DNA of 44,036 nucleotides. It comes from a virus. Lineage: Duplodnaviria > Caudoviricetes. Numbering within the stretch: the first letter of the stretch is position 1; each line of letters starts with the position of its first letter. A program made the position numbers and the translations under genes. The notes below the pieces were generated by a model, which did no database searches, was not told the DNA's origin, and saw only the letters and a list, made by a program, of their open reading frames with translations. This document shows positions 7,972-17,108 of this stretch, one piece after another. The stretch covers positions 1-44,036 of IMG/VR virus record IMGVR_UViG_3300049143_000040; one strand, given 5' to 3'.

Positions 7972-9472
7972 GAGCGCACCTCAAAAGCAGATCCACCGTG
8001 CTCGGCAGCCGAGCGAACGCGAGACAGATCAGGCATCGGCGCCGGCACAGTGAAAGGGGTAAAAGGTTTGCAGGCAGAGCCCTTGAGCATCCACACGCGC
8101 TCGACGCGGTGGTTGTGCTCGTTGATGAGCTCCTGCATGTGAATGCTGATCGGGCGGTACTTACTGACGATCGGCTTCATAGATTGAACGCCTGGCACGC
8201 TGCGAAGATGATGAACCAGACCAGAGCGCCGCAGAGACCTCCGAACACAGCCCAGCGGGCCATCTCGCAGTAGGCTTTGGGTCGGGTACGACCGAAGCTC
8301 ATGGCTTCTTCTCCTCGAGAGCCTTCCGGGCGTGGTGGTCCTCGGACTGTCGCAGCTTGCGGAGCACATTGCGGAGGACAGCCTTGGTGAGATCGTCATA
8401 AGGTGCGGTCTTGGTGCCTTCGCTGATGTCGATCAGCACGCGGCGCTCGCGTTCGTTGAAGCGGGGCATCAGTAGTCCTCCCCACGCATGTCAGCTGCAG
8501 CAAACACCGCGGCTGTCCAAAGAGCGCCGGCGAGCAATGAAGAGCAGCTCCACACGGCAAGCAGCCAGAGGATGAGTTTGAGCGTCTCCATCACGCTGCT
8601 CCCCCGGAGTTGTCGAAGTGGATGCGATCCTCATCGGTGCCGCCGCAGGGGCAGGGGGCTGGAACAAGCAGTCTGGAGACGGGGTGCTTGTAGAGCAGGA
8701 CACCGCGGCCGCAGCAGGACGGACAAGCGATGTTTGCTTCGCGAGGCAGGAGCGCATTCAGGAATGCGGCATCGGCAAGAGCCTGCTGAGTGCTCTCAGA
8801 GCTGACGACACGCGGGCGGAAGGGGAAAGGATGCACGTCACCCATGTCAGCGACCCTCCACTTTCTTGAGGAGTTCGTTCGCTTCAGTGCAGTTCGAGGC
8901 ACAGCGACGGACGTAGGCGACGAGCGGCTCGTGTGCACTCAGGATTGCGGCAACAGCGGGGGCGTTGCCTCCCCCGGCATCGGTCATTCGGCAGAGTTTG
9001 AATCCCAGGCTGATGGTAATGCTGCCGTCAGTTTTCTTGTGCTCGACCGGAGCCTTCCAGACGGTTTCGCCCTCTGCGTAGAATGCGGGTTCTTGCTGCA
9101 TCGTCGTCACTCCGCCGCCTGGAGGAAGGTAGCGAGATCGACCGGCTCACTTTCGAGCGGAGCGCCTACTGCGATGTTGTAGATGTGTTTGAGCGCGCCC
9201 TCGCCATGAAGCTCACGGGCTTTGCGCAGATGATCCTCAGCCTTCGCGGCCAGCATGTCGGAAACAGTTGTGTCGCCAGCTTCGCGGATCTGCTTGCGGC
9301 CATAGTAAAGCTGCAACTCGCCGTCGACCTTGGCATCGACGTAGCTCTTGGCGCTCTCGTAGGTCTCTTTGCCCAGGCGAGCAGCAATGACGGAGGCGAT
9401 AACGCTGTCCCGCCGAGAGCCATCTTCATTGATGTAGAGAAGTCTGTCGTTGAGGGGCTGCATGAGGGTCAC
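7968..9472 (-). other. run of small early-left phage ORFs (7968-8180, 8177-8302, 8299-8469, 8591-8845, 8847-9110, 9107-9472)
   Basis: Translationally coupled ATGA overlaps and RBSs; no recognisable functions; 8591-8845 has CxxC...CxC. Confidence 0.65.
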
Positions 9473-9494
9473 CCGCTGTTTGGATGACCCTGTT

Positions 9495-9545
9495 GTAGCG
9501 CTTAACGCTACGCGTCGTCAAGCGTCTCGTAGCATAAATCGCTAC
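9495..9545. promoter_or_regulatory. OL-like operators and leftward promoter
   Basis: GTAGCGCTTAACGCTAC (9495-9511) and GTAGCATAAATCGCTAC (9529-9545) flank a minus-strand TTGACG (9521-9516). Confidence 0.8.
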
Positions 9546-9781
9546 GAAGCCATTTCGGCGTGCTTTACGCCCACGATCGTGGCGATCGAGTTCTGACATT
9601 TGTCACAGCTAAAAGGGATACGGTTGAGCAATTCGCTCCCTAAGAGCTCGTCGATATCGTTCGGAGCGTCGTCGACATCCGGTACCGCGAGAAGGCGTCC
9701 TGAGATCTTGTGGCAGTTATGGCAGCGTAAATGCAGGTGATAGTGGGCTTTGAAATAGCTGCCTTCTTGGATCGACATCAT
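9542..9781 (-). CDS. small Zn-ribbon protein, LexA box upstream
   Basis: CHNC...CDKC; GGAG RBS. Confidence 0.7.
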   Translation of the reverse strand: MMSIQEGSYFKAHYHLHLRCHNCHKISGRLLAVPDVDDAPNDIDELLGSELLNRIPFSCDKCQNSIATIVGVKHAEMAS

Positions 9782-9797
9782 GGGCTCCGGCGTGAAC

Positions 9798-9812
9798 GTT
9801 CATACTTTGTTC
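9798..9812. promoter_or_regulatory. alphaproteobacterial LexA (SOS) box
   Basis: GTTCATACTTTGTTC = GTTC-N7-GTTC, 16 bp upstream of the start at 9781; minus-strand TCGACA further upstream. Confidence 0.75.
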
Positions 9813-9888
9813 TCGTTTTTTGTAGGTGTCGAATCCTGCCTTTTGTGTGCTTGTGGATAGCGGGGATTGGGTGGATAGGACGGGAAAC

Positions 9889-10638
9889 TTACTTCCGAAG
9901 GTGACTGACACGCACGGGCTGAATAACTGAGCGCACAAGGCCCATCACCCGAACACTGACCCCGTCCTCGCTGTCACTGTTGTGTGGAACGACGATCGGC
10001 TTGTGCTTCGGATTGGTCGACCGGGGGTGATACTCAGTCCTGTCCTCGAAGAACTCGACCTGCTTGACGGTCCATTCCCGCGCCAGGCCGCCGTCTATTG
10101 TCCGCTCGACGGCTACTAGCATGCCGTCCTCGACGGGAAGGCCGGTCTCGTCGAAGTCGACACAGACCGCAAAACTGCCAGAGGGGAGCGGAGGGTCGGC
10201 TGCATTCATCGAATCACCCACCACCTCGAGCGAGAACACACGAGCGTCAGGAAAGTCCGGATCCTGCTCAACGAAGATCATGCGCGGCTCTTCGTCATCG
10301 TATTCAACAACCTCCCGGAACACTCCCGCTTCCACTTTCCCGACGATAGGCACCTGACGGAGCACCCGACTGGTAGGCCGGGCGGCCGACGATGCAGATA
10401 GGGTGATTCCACCCTCAAGTTTCGTTTCAGGGGCTGGGTATCCGGTTATCTCGGCGATTGCGATCATTTCATCGCCGGCGATCTTGCGACCTTTTTTCCC
10501 TTTGTCGTCGCCGATCAGCATCTTGTTGACGGCGGCACGGTCAATCGACCGGCCCAACCTTTCAGTGAGCTGCCGAGAGAGTTCCGCTTGGGAAATGCCT
10601 GAGTGTTCCAGGGCTTTGCGTAGCCAATCCGCCAACAT
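9889..10638 (-). CDS. cI: CI-like repressor (HTH + S24 peptidase)
   Basis: HTH ISQAELSRQL; Ala-Gly site (VEAGVF); catalytic Ser (GDSM) and Lys (TVK); start taken as ATG 10638. Confidence 0.92.
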   Translation of the reverse strand: MLADWLRKALEHSGISQAELSRQLTERLGRSIDRAAVNKMLIGDDKGKKGRKIAGDEMIAIAEITGYPAPETKLEGGITLSASSAARPTSRVLRQVPIVGKVEAGVFREVVEYDDEEPRMIFVEQDPDFPDARVFSLEVVGDSMNAADPPLPSGSFAVCVDFDETGLPVEDGMLVAVERTIDGGLAREWTVKQVEFFEDRTEYHPRSTNPKHKPIVVPHNSDSEDGVSVRVMGLVRSVIQPVRVSHLRK

Positions 10639-10647
10639 CCCAAACCC

Positions 10648-10722
10648 GTAAAACGAAATCGCTACGCAGTCATTTTCCATGATCGCTACAAATGCGCTTG
10701 CTTTCGTAGCGATATTCGCTAC
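10648..10722. promoter_or_regulatory. OR-like operators between cI and cro
   Basis: GTAGCGATATTCGCTAC (10706-10722) plus TCGCTAC half-sites ending at 10665 and 10689. Confidence 0.8.
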
Positions 10723-10732
10723 TATCTTATTC

Positions 10733-10978
10733 ATGGAACCGGCTAACACCATCATCAAGCTTCTTGGCGGGCCTACTGCGGTGGCAGAGGTCGCTAAAGT
10801 TCATCGCACTCGCGTCTCCAACTGGATGCGTCCTCGCGAGAAGGGCGGCACTGGTGGGGTCATCCCCCACTGGCACGTGCCGAAGCTGCTGGCCTACGCC
10901 GCTGCCAACGACATCAAGCTCAAGGAAACTGACTTCGCCCCGCGGCATGTCACGCTCCAAACCGGAGAGGCAGCCTGA
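10733..10978 (+). CDS. cro: Cro-like protein
   Basis: IIKLLGGPTAVAEVAKVHRTRVSNW...GVIP; divergent from cI. Confidence 0.85.
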   Translation: MEPANTIIKLLGGPTAVAEVAKVHRTRVSNWMRPREKGGTGGVIPHWHVPKLLAYAAANDIKLKETDFAPRHVTLQTGEAA

Positions 10979-11082
10979 TGCCCTCCATCCTCAATTCCTC
11001 TTCCACCGGCGCCTCCTTGGTATCCGTAGCTGGTGTGAAGTGCGCGGGCGGCTCAACCCCCAACCCCTCGGCCGCCCGCGCA

Positions 11083-11250
11083 TCACTCCTTTCGAACGAC
11101 CCGCAGCCGAGCTCTCCGGATGACTTTCGAGGTTTCGCCTGCCGACGCCGGAGCCGTCTGAGCTTGCCCCTTGGCTTGCCTCATGCGGTCCCCTTCCTGT
11201 CGAGCGCGAAGATACTCCCGAAAGTCGAAGTTCGGGCTGCGTGTGTCCAT
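11083..11250 (-). CDS. 55-aa basic ORF antisense to the early right transcript
   Basis: MDTRSPNFDFREYLRARQEG...RLRVVRKE with a GGAGGA RBS. Confidence 0.55.
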   Translation of the reverse strand: MDTRSPNFDFREYLRARQEGDRMRQAKGQAQTAPASAGETSKVIRRARLRVVRKE

Positions 11251-11297
11251 TCGAAGTCCTCCCCAGCAATCTCAGAACAGCACAAGGCCTTGCTCTA

Positions 11298-11708
11298 ATG
11301 CGCACGAAGATTGCCCAGGATTGGGCAGCAGTGACGGCTGAAGAGACGACGGAGCGGGTACGCCCTCTGCTCTTGAAGATCGTTCAGCATAAGGTCCGCG
11401 AGACCGGCTCAAAAATGGTCGCGTACTCGAAGGTAGCGGCAAAGATCGGCGGGTCCGCGTCGTGGCTTCGTAAGCTGCTCGGACGGCAGCCGAACGTCGA
11501 CCTCGCTGCCCACCAATTCCTCAACATTCTGTCCCTTTACCGCAAGCTCTGTGAGCGCGTCGAAGCTGAGGCTGAGAACGAGCGCGTCCGGCTTGAACAC
11601 CTTTGGAGCGAAACGGATGCGTCTATCGCGAGCAATCTATCGATGGGTTCGTCGCCGGCTCCGGCGACTGGTCGTGCAAACCGCATTCAGGGCCCTTCGG
11701 CGGCTTAG
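11298..11708 (+). CDS. CII-position HTH protein
   Basis: AYSKVAAKIGGSASWLRKLL HTH; downstream of cro. Confidence 0.6.
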   Translation: MRTKIAQDWAAVTAEETTERVRPLLLKIVQHKVRETGSKMVAYSKVAAKIGGSASWLRKLLGRQPNVDLAAHQFLNILSLYRKLCERVEAEAENERVRLEHLWSETDASIASNLSMGSSPAPATGRANRIQGPSAA

Positions 11709-11762
11709 GGCAACACGCGACGGGCGACTGCCGCCATTCACAACCATCAAAGGGGGGAAATA

Positions 11763-12173
11763 ATGTCAGACGTCGTCACGATCCGACTAGCAGGTGAACC
11801 GAAAGGGAAGGGCCGTCCGCGCTTCGGCAATGGCCGCACCTTCACGCCTGCGGCGACACGCGCCTATGAAGCTGCTCTTCGATATGCCGCTCAGGAAACG
11901 ATGGGATCGCGCCCGCTGATGACCGGGCCCCTCGACGTGATCGTCATGGCATCCTTTCCGATCCCGAAAAGCTTCTCGAAGTCCAAGCGCAGCGATGCGC
12001 TTATCGGCGAAGTTCGACCCGTCGTGAAGCCAGACATCGATAACCTGCTAAAGGTCATCGACGCCCTGAACGGTGTCGTATTCGAAGACGACAAGCAGAT
12101 CGTCAAAGCCGAAATCGAAAAGCGCTACGCCAGCAGCCCGTGCCTTGAGATCCAGGTGAGGGCCCGGGCATGA
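11763..12173 (+). CDS. rusA: RusA-family Holliday junction resolvase
   Basis: P.GKGRPR; KPDIDNLLK..DALNG....DD.QIV. Confidence 0.9.
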   Translation: MSDVVTIRLAGEPKGKGRPRFGNGRTFTPAATRAYEAALRYAAQETMGSRPLMTGPLDVIVMASFPIPKSFSKSKRSDALIGEVRPVVKPDIDNLLKVIDALNGVVFEDDKQIVKAEIEKRYASSPCLEIQVRARA

Positions 12174-12895
12174 GTTTCGTTCGCCACTCTCCCTCTTCTC
12201 TGAACCTCTTTGCTGCCTCGCCCGCCATGTTCGTGCTCGAGAAGGTTCTCGGTCGCCGGCAGCCCGTCGGCGCTCCTGCGCACCGCGGAACCGCAGCTGA
12301 GGCTGGTGTTGCTGCAGGATTGCAGGATCTCACCCTGGGGCTCGACGTGTGTGTGGCCGTTGCCGAGCGCCGATACCGCGAGCTAACGGCGCTCTGTTCC
12401 GACCCTCGTGTCGCAAAGTACGGGGAGGGGATCCATTCAATGGTGGAGCGGGCGCTGGCCGAGCTCCGGCCCTATGGCACTCCGTCCGGCTCGCAAGGTT
12501 TCATCGAGTGGCGCCCGGAGGGGCTCAAGTTTCCGATCGTCGGCTACTACGATTTCCAATGGGACGATCACGGCATCGTCGTTGATTTGAAGACCAGCGA
12601 TAAGCTGCCGTCCCAAATCAAGCCAGGCCACGCCCGTCAGGTCGCCCTTTACACAGGCGGCAACCGCGAGGGACGTCTAACCTACGTGACGCCTGCGAAA
12701 TCAGCCACTTACCGGCTGGATGACATCGCAGCGCACCGCAACGCGCTTCACCGGATCGCACTGGCCTGTGAGCGCTTCCTTTCGATCTCGGCAGACCCGC
12801 AGGAGCTGGTCGCCGTTACCGTCCCCGATCTCGACAGCTTCTATTTTGCGCCTCCGGAAGCCCGGCAGGCAGCTTTCGAGGTGTGGGGGGTCTGA
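12170..12895 (+). CDS. PD-(D/E)XK nuclease (RecB/Cas4-like exonuclease)
   Basis: HSPSSL, GYYD, VDLKT, RQVALY motifs. Confidence 0.85.
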   Translation: MSFVRHSPSSLNLFAASPAMFVLEKVLGRRQPVGAPAHRGTAAEAGVAAGLQDLTLGLDVCVAVAERRYRELTALCSDPRVAKYGEGIHSMVERALAELRPYGTPSGSQGFIEWRPEGLKFPIVGYYDFQWDDHGIVVDLKTSDKLPSQIKPGHARQVALYTGGNREGRLTYVTPAKSATYRLDDIAAHRNALHRIALACERFLSISADPQELVAVTVPDLDSFYFAPPEARQAAFEVWGV

Positions 12896-12956
12896 GCTTC
12901 GCCCGTATCGGGCAAGAGCAAGCGGCCGGCTAGATGGTCGCATCACGGAGAACGCA

Positions 12957-13658
12957 ATGTCTGTATTCGGATTTTCTACTGACACCTCCAGCAGCGGCGG
13001 CGACTTCATGCCGGTCGTAAAGTACGACGCCCGTGCCGGCCGCATGTTTCGCACAGAACGCACGAACGACGGTTCCGGCTGGATCACGGATCAGGTCGAT
13101 ATCACCCGTAGCTTCAAAGCGGTGATCGATCTGCAGAACCTTGAAACCGGCTGGCTCGACTTCAACACCGGTGGGGCCCCTGTCTTTGCAGTCGTGAAGA
13201 TCGGCGAGCCGCTTCCGCCGAAGCCTACTCCGAACGCTAAGAACGGAGTCCGTGTGATCGTGAAGCTTTCCTCCGAGTGCGGCGGCGAGAAGCGGATCCG
13301 CGAGATGGCGTCGAGCGCCAAGGCGTTCCTGGCGGGTCTCGAGGAACTCTACGTCGAATACCAGAAGCAAGCTCCGCTGAACCCGGACAAGCTTCCGATC
13401 ATCACGCTCGAAGACACGAAGCCGATCAAATCCGGCTCTGGCGAAAAGCAGAGCACGAACTATCAGCCCATCTTCAAAATCACTGGTTGGGCGCCTCGTG
13501 GTGACGTGACCTGGTCTCCGAAGAATGGAGGCGCTCCGGCGCAGCCCGCGTCTCAGGATCGCCAGGCCCCTCCGTCGACCGGCGCAACGCGTGTTGAGCC
13601 TCCCAAAGCTGAGCCCGCCCGTGAGATGGCGATGGCGGACGATGAGGACTTCGGCTGA
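12957..13658 (+). CDS. putative ssDNA-binding protein
   Basis: Between exonuclease and primase; Pro/Ala linker and acidic C-terminus ADDEDFG; GGAG RBS. Confidence 0.6.
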   Translation: MSVFGFSTDTSSSGGDFMPVVKYDARAGRMFRTERTNDGSGWITDQVDITRSFKAVIDLQNLETGWLDFNTGGAPVFAVVKIGEPLPPKPTPNAKNGVRVIVKLSSECGGEKRIREMASSAKAFLAGLEELYVEYQKQAPLNPDKLPIITLEDTKPIKSGSGEKQSTNYQPIFKITGWAPRGDVTWSPKNGGAPAQPASQDRQAPPSTGATRVEPPKAEPAREMAMADDEDFG

Positions 13659-15748
13659 TGTCACGCGGGGACGACCAGATGCTTGTTTCTTTTGATCCAG
13701 AATGGTCGTCCCCGTCCGACTGGGCGAGGATGTACCGCGCGGCGGGCCTGCAGGTGGTTCCCGCGCGGTACCCCATGCGTGACCGGGCAGATAAGCGCCC
13801 TGCGCTGGCGGGGTGGCGCGAGTTTCAGAATACCCTTGCTGGCGATGGCGTGTTCGAGGGCTGGTTCCCCGCCGACGCTAAGCCGAATATGGGCGTCATC
13901 ACTGGCCCTGCCTCCGGCAATCTGCTCGTCATCGACATCGACGACTACAAAGGCGGGTCCGGTGCAGAATGGTTCAACTCGGTTACCAGCGGGCTTGAAC
14001 CAGAGACTTGGCAACAGCAGACTGGTGGCGGTGGTCGTCAGTTCTTTTTCCTGCTGCCGCCTGACGTTACGATCTCCAGTCATCGGACAGCCATTGGCGT
14101 CGATATCAGGTGCCAAGGCGGCTTTGCCATGCTGCCGCCATCCAGACACATGTCTGGCACTGAATATGCCTGGGTCGAGCACCGCGCTCCCTGGGATATC
14201 GAAATCGATGCCGCTGCGCCTTCACTGATCGAGGCCGTGCAGCAGCTCATTGCCGAGCATGGCGGTGGACATACGTCGACGCCGACAGAGCGCACAGCTT
14301 CACCCTCGACCGACTTCGATGCTTTCGGCAGCCGTGTCGACGGCCGAGAGGATTACATGATGCGCCTCGTCTGGGGCGCCGTGGTCGACTTCTATCGGGA
14401 ATGCCCAATCGAGCCGCCAGAGCAGCAGTCCACGGCACGGATGCGCGAGGCATACGCCCTCTATGAGCGCGGCGTGAAGTCCCGCCTTTCCATCCCGGGG
14501 TTGTCGAAGGCTGAGCTGCTCGAACGTGAGGGCAGGGGACACACGCTGTTTGCCGAAAAGTGGCGCAACGCCATCCGCCAATGGAACGGAAAGGTAGCCG
14601 AGGCAGGAAAGGAGCCGAAGCTTGTCGAGAGCCCTTTCGACCAGCGCAAGGCCGAGCCCGCCGACCTTGCGGCTATCGTGGCCGCGCCGCGGCCCGAGGG
14701 CATTTATGAGTTTTTGGACGTGAAGGGTATCAAGACGCTCCCGGATCCAGAATGGCTTGTAGACGGTCTGGTTGTTGAAAAGGCGCTCGGCTTCATCTTC
14801 GGGCCGCCTGGCTGCGGAAAAACATTCGTGGCTCTGTCTATGGCACTCTCAATCTCGGTCGCTCTTGGAGACTGGTGGGGACGTTCGATCCAGCGCACAG
14901 GCGCTGTGGTCTATATCTCAAGCGAGGGCCAAGCGGACCTGAAGTTCCGCATCACGGCCTGGGAACAGGCCAATAAGGTTCTGACCGACGACAGCCCATT
15001 CTTTCTGATCCGGCAGACGATCAACTTCATGAAGCCGGAGGACATTCAAACCCTCCTGAACACCATCCGGGCCATCAAGCAGCAATGTGACGTCGATATC
15101 GCAGCAGTCTTTGTCGACACGGTCAGCCGGGTTCTACCTGGTGCTGATGAGAATCTGCAGAAGGACATGACACTGTTCATTCAGGGCTGTGATCTCGTGC
15201 GGCAGGAGTTCGGCGCAACCGTCATCGGTGTCCATCATACCTCCCGACAGGGCACCCTCCGCGGCTCTACCGTGTTTGACGGCGCCGGCGACTTCCTGGC
15301 CCAGATCGAACGCGAGGAAGGCGAGACACTTGGCGTCCTCACCGCCCGCAAGATCAAGGCTGCTCAGGACGGCTGGAAGCAGCATTTCCGGCTCGACGTC
15401 GTGGCATGCGGAGACATCTCAGGTAACAGCTCACTGGTCGCTTCTCCGGCCCAAGAGGCCGCGCCCGAGCAGAAACAGCCTTCAACGTGGCCAGACAAGG
15501 AAACCTGTCGGCGGATCCTCAGTGCTCTCGAAAAGGCATGGGCTGCCGGCAAACCGTGGTCGTCCTATCCGCACGCCAGGAAAGTCGGGAGGTACGCTCC
15601 CGCGATCTTGCACAGTGACTTCGACATCAAGCCAAAGACGGCCGAACAGATGATCGAGACGTGGCTCATGAACGGCGTTTTGAGCGTCGAGATCCGCAAC
15701 TCCGACACCAAGCTGAAAGGCCTGAAATTGGTCGGGAGGATCGACTGA
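13658..15748 (+). CDS. bifunctional primase-polymerase (Prim-Pol) fused to an AAA_25/RepA-type helicase
   Basis: NMGVITG..LLVIDID..TGGGG..GVDIR..GG..LPPS; Walker A GPPGCGKT; Walker B VFVDT; VHH..RGS. Confidence 0.9.
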   Translation: MSRGDDQMLVSFDPEWSSPSDWARMYRAAGLQVVPARYPMRDRADKRPALAGWREFQNTLAGDGVFEGWFPADAKPNMGVITGPASGNLLVIDIDDYKGGSGAEWFNSVTSGLEPETWQQQTGGGGRQFFFLLPPDVTISSHRTAIGVDIRCQGGFAMLPPSRHMSGTEYAWVEHRAPWDIEIDAAAPSLIEAVQQLIAEHGGGHTSTPTERTASPSTDFDAFGSRVDGREDYMMRLVWGAVVDFYRECPIEPPEQQSTARMREAYALYERGVKSRLSIPGLSKAELLEREGRGHTLFAEKWRNAIRQWNGKVAEAGKEPKLVESPFDQRKAEPADLAAIVAAPRPEGIYEFLDVKGIKTLPDPEWLVDGLVVEKALGFIFGPPGCGKTFVALSMALSISVALGDWWGRSIQRTGAVVYISSEGQADLKFRITAWEQANKVLTDDSPFFLIRQTINFMKPEDIQTLLNTIRAIKQQCDVDIAAVFVDTVSRVLPGADENLQKDMTLFIQGCDLVRQEFGATVIGVHHTSRQGTLRGSTVFDGAGDFLAQIEREEGETLGVLTARKIKAAQDGWKQHFRLDVVACGDISGNSSLVASPAQEAAPEQKQPSTWPDKETCRRILSALEKAWAAGKPWSSYPHARKVGRYAPAILHSDFDIKPKTAEQMIETWLMNGVLSVEIRNSDTKLKGLKLVGRID

Positions 15749-15755
15749 TGAGCGT

Positions 15756-15924
15756 ACGGAACTTCACGGAACTTGGCCTTCATCAAGTTCCGTACCGCGA
15801 CCCAAGTTCCGTGCATCAAACCCTTACGCAGCAAGGGTTCCGGAACTTACGGAACTTGCTCGTACGGAACTTACGGAACTTGCCCGCTAAGCCTTTGAAA
15901 TCGTTGAACGGAACTACGGAACTT
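15756..15924. repeat. iteron array, probable replication origin
   Basis: Ten copies of (A)CGGAACT(T): forward at 15756, 15766, 15841, 15849, 15864, 15873, 15908, 15916; reverse at 15785, 15804. Confidence 0.85.
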
Positions 15925-15977
15925 GAACCCCTTACTAAAGTAACGGCTGGCGGCCTTGAGGGCCGCCGCCTTGGAGA

Positions 15978-16604
15978 GTGAAAATGGCCAAAACCAAATC
16001 CCTCACCGAAGTCTCTTCCGCCGGCATCAGCCGGACCTGGGCGAACACTCATGGCACCTATATCGCCGGCCGCGCGTACGTGGACGAAGCCGACGCAACG
16101 GCGGTCGAGCTCGAGCGCAAATGGGGAGTAGGACGGCTCCGGCTCCTGGTTGGTCCTGAGCTGCGCGAGAAGTTCGATCGGCAGCGGTATCTCTTCAACC
16201 AGGCGATCTGGCACGGTGGCTTGGAGGACGTTCGCAATCAGAGCATGCGGATGGTCAAGGCATGGCTCGCGCTCGACAAGGTCGCGACCGAGGCAGGCAA
16301 GACCAAAGCCAACCCTGCCGTCCTCGAGACTGTATTGGCGGACGGGACGGTTGCCGTCATCGTCCCCCATGCTGGAGTCGATGTGCAGGCCGAGGGGCGC
16401 CGCGTCTCGGTCTACACCCTCGACGAGATCGCCCGTCTGCTCGACGGCTACCCGGGCCTAGCGAAGATCAAGCAGCAGTTCCCCGGGGCGACTGTCACGG
16501 CAGTCCGCGAGCGTGGTGACCCGCTTGACGCCTTCCACACGTCTGAGCCGGGGCTGGATCAACCCTTCCAGGAGGACAGCCTCGATGGCCTTTTCGGAAT
16601 CTGA
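15978..16604 (+). CDS. phage hypothetical protein of the replication module
   Basis: ERKWGVGRL motif; GGAGA RBS. Confidence 0.75.
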   Translation: MKMAKTKSLTEVSSAGISRTWANTHGTYIAGRAYVDEADATAVELERKWGVGRLRLLVGPELREKFDRQRYLFNQAIWHGGLEDVRNQSMRMVKAWLALDKVATEAGKTKANPAVLETVLADGTVAVIVPHAGVDVQAEGRRVSVYTLDEIARLLDGYPGLAKIKQQFPGATVTAVRERGDPLDAFHTSEPGLDQPFQEDSLDGLFGI

Positions 16605-16608
16605 GCTC

Positions 16609-16782
16609 ATGCCGATCAATCCCGTAGTTAAGCGCATGGCACACGCGATCTACAAGAAGGCCGAGGCATTAGGTGTCGAGATCGACCCTGAAGGGTGCGG
16701 AGACCTGACCCGCGCAACTCTGATTGCTATTGCGGCATTCGACGCGATCTTCGACCAGCGCGCGACGGAGGAAGCACAATGA
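16609..16782 (+). CDS. small phage protein
   Basis: Coupled to the next gene by ATGA. Confidence 0.55.
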   Translation: MPINPVVKRMAHAIYKKAEALGVEIDPEGCGDLTRATLIAIAAFDAIFDQRATEEAQ

Positions 16783-17108
16783 GTGCCCGCGAACAGCGCC
16801 CCAACAAGCTGAACTCCCGCCACATTAAGGAACTCAATAAGCGCCTGACGGCTCGCCGCAAAACAGGAGAGACCCTGACTGAGATTGCCGCGGCTTTCGG
16901 CGTCACTCATCAGACCGTCGCTTATCACGCCAGCAAGCTCCCGCCTTCGGTCCAGTTCAAGCCGGTGCGCCCTCAAGTGGACGAGGCCGAAGTCCTACGC
17001 CTGTACGGCATCCACATGAACCAATCGGTGGTAGCCGGCGAACTCGGTGTTCCGCTCAAGGCCGTCTCCCGAGCTCTCGCCCGCATGGAATGGAAGGCAG
17101 CAGCATGA
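16779..17108 (+). CDS. tandem-HTH DNA-binding protein
   Basis: TLTEIAAAFGVTHQTV and NQSVVAGELGVPLKAV. Confidence 0.75.
   Translation: MSAREQRPNKLNSRHIKELNKRLTARRKTGETLTEIAAAFGVTHQTVAYHASKLPPSVQFKPVRPQVDEAEVLRLYGIHMNQSVVAGELGVPLKAVSRALARMEWKAAA

Noticed and set aside
9852-9878. DnaA boxes (TGTGGATAG, GGTGGATAG)
   Set aside because: Imperfect matches far from the predicted origin, with no independent support.
15756-15924. CRISPR-like array
   Set aside because: Units are only 8-9 bp, in both orientations, with no regular spacers and no cas genes. The PD-(D/E)XK gene is a typical phage exonuclease.
15661-15981. 106-aa ORF with RNLRNL repeats
   Set aside because: It is a translation of the iterons and overlaps the helicase gene end.
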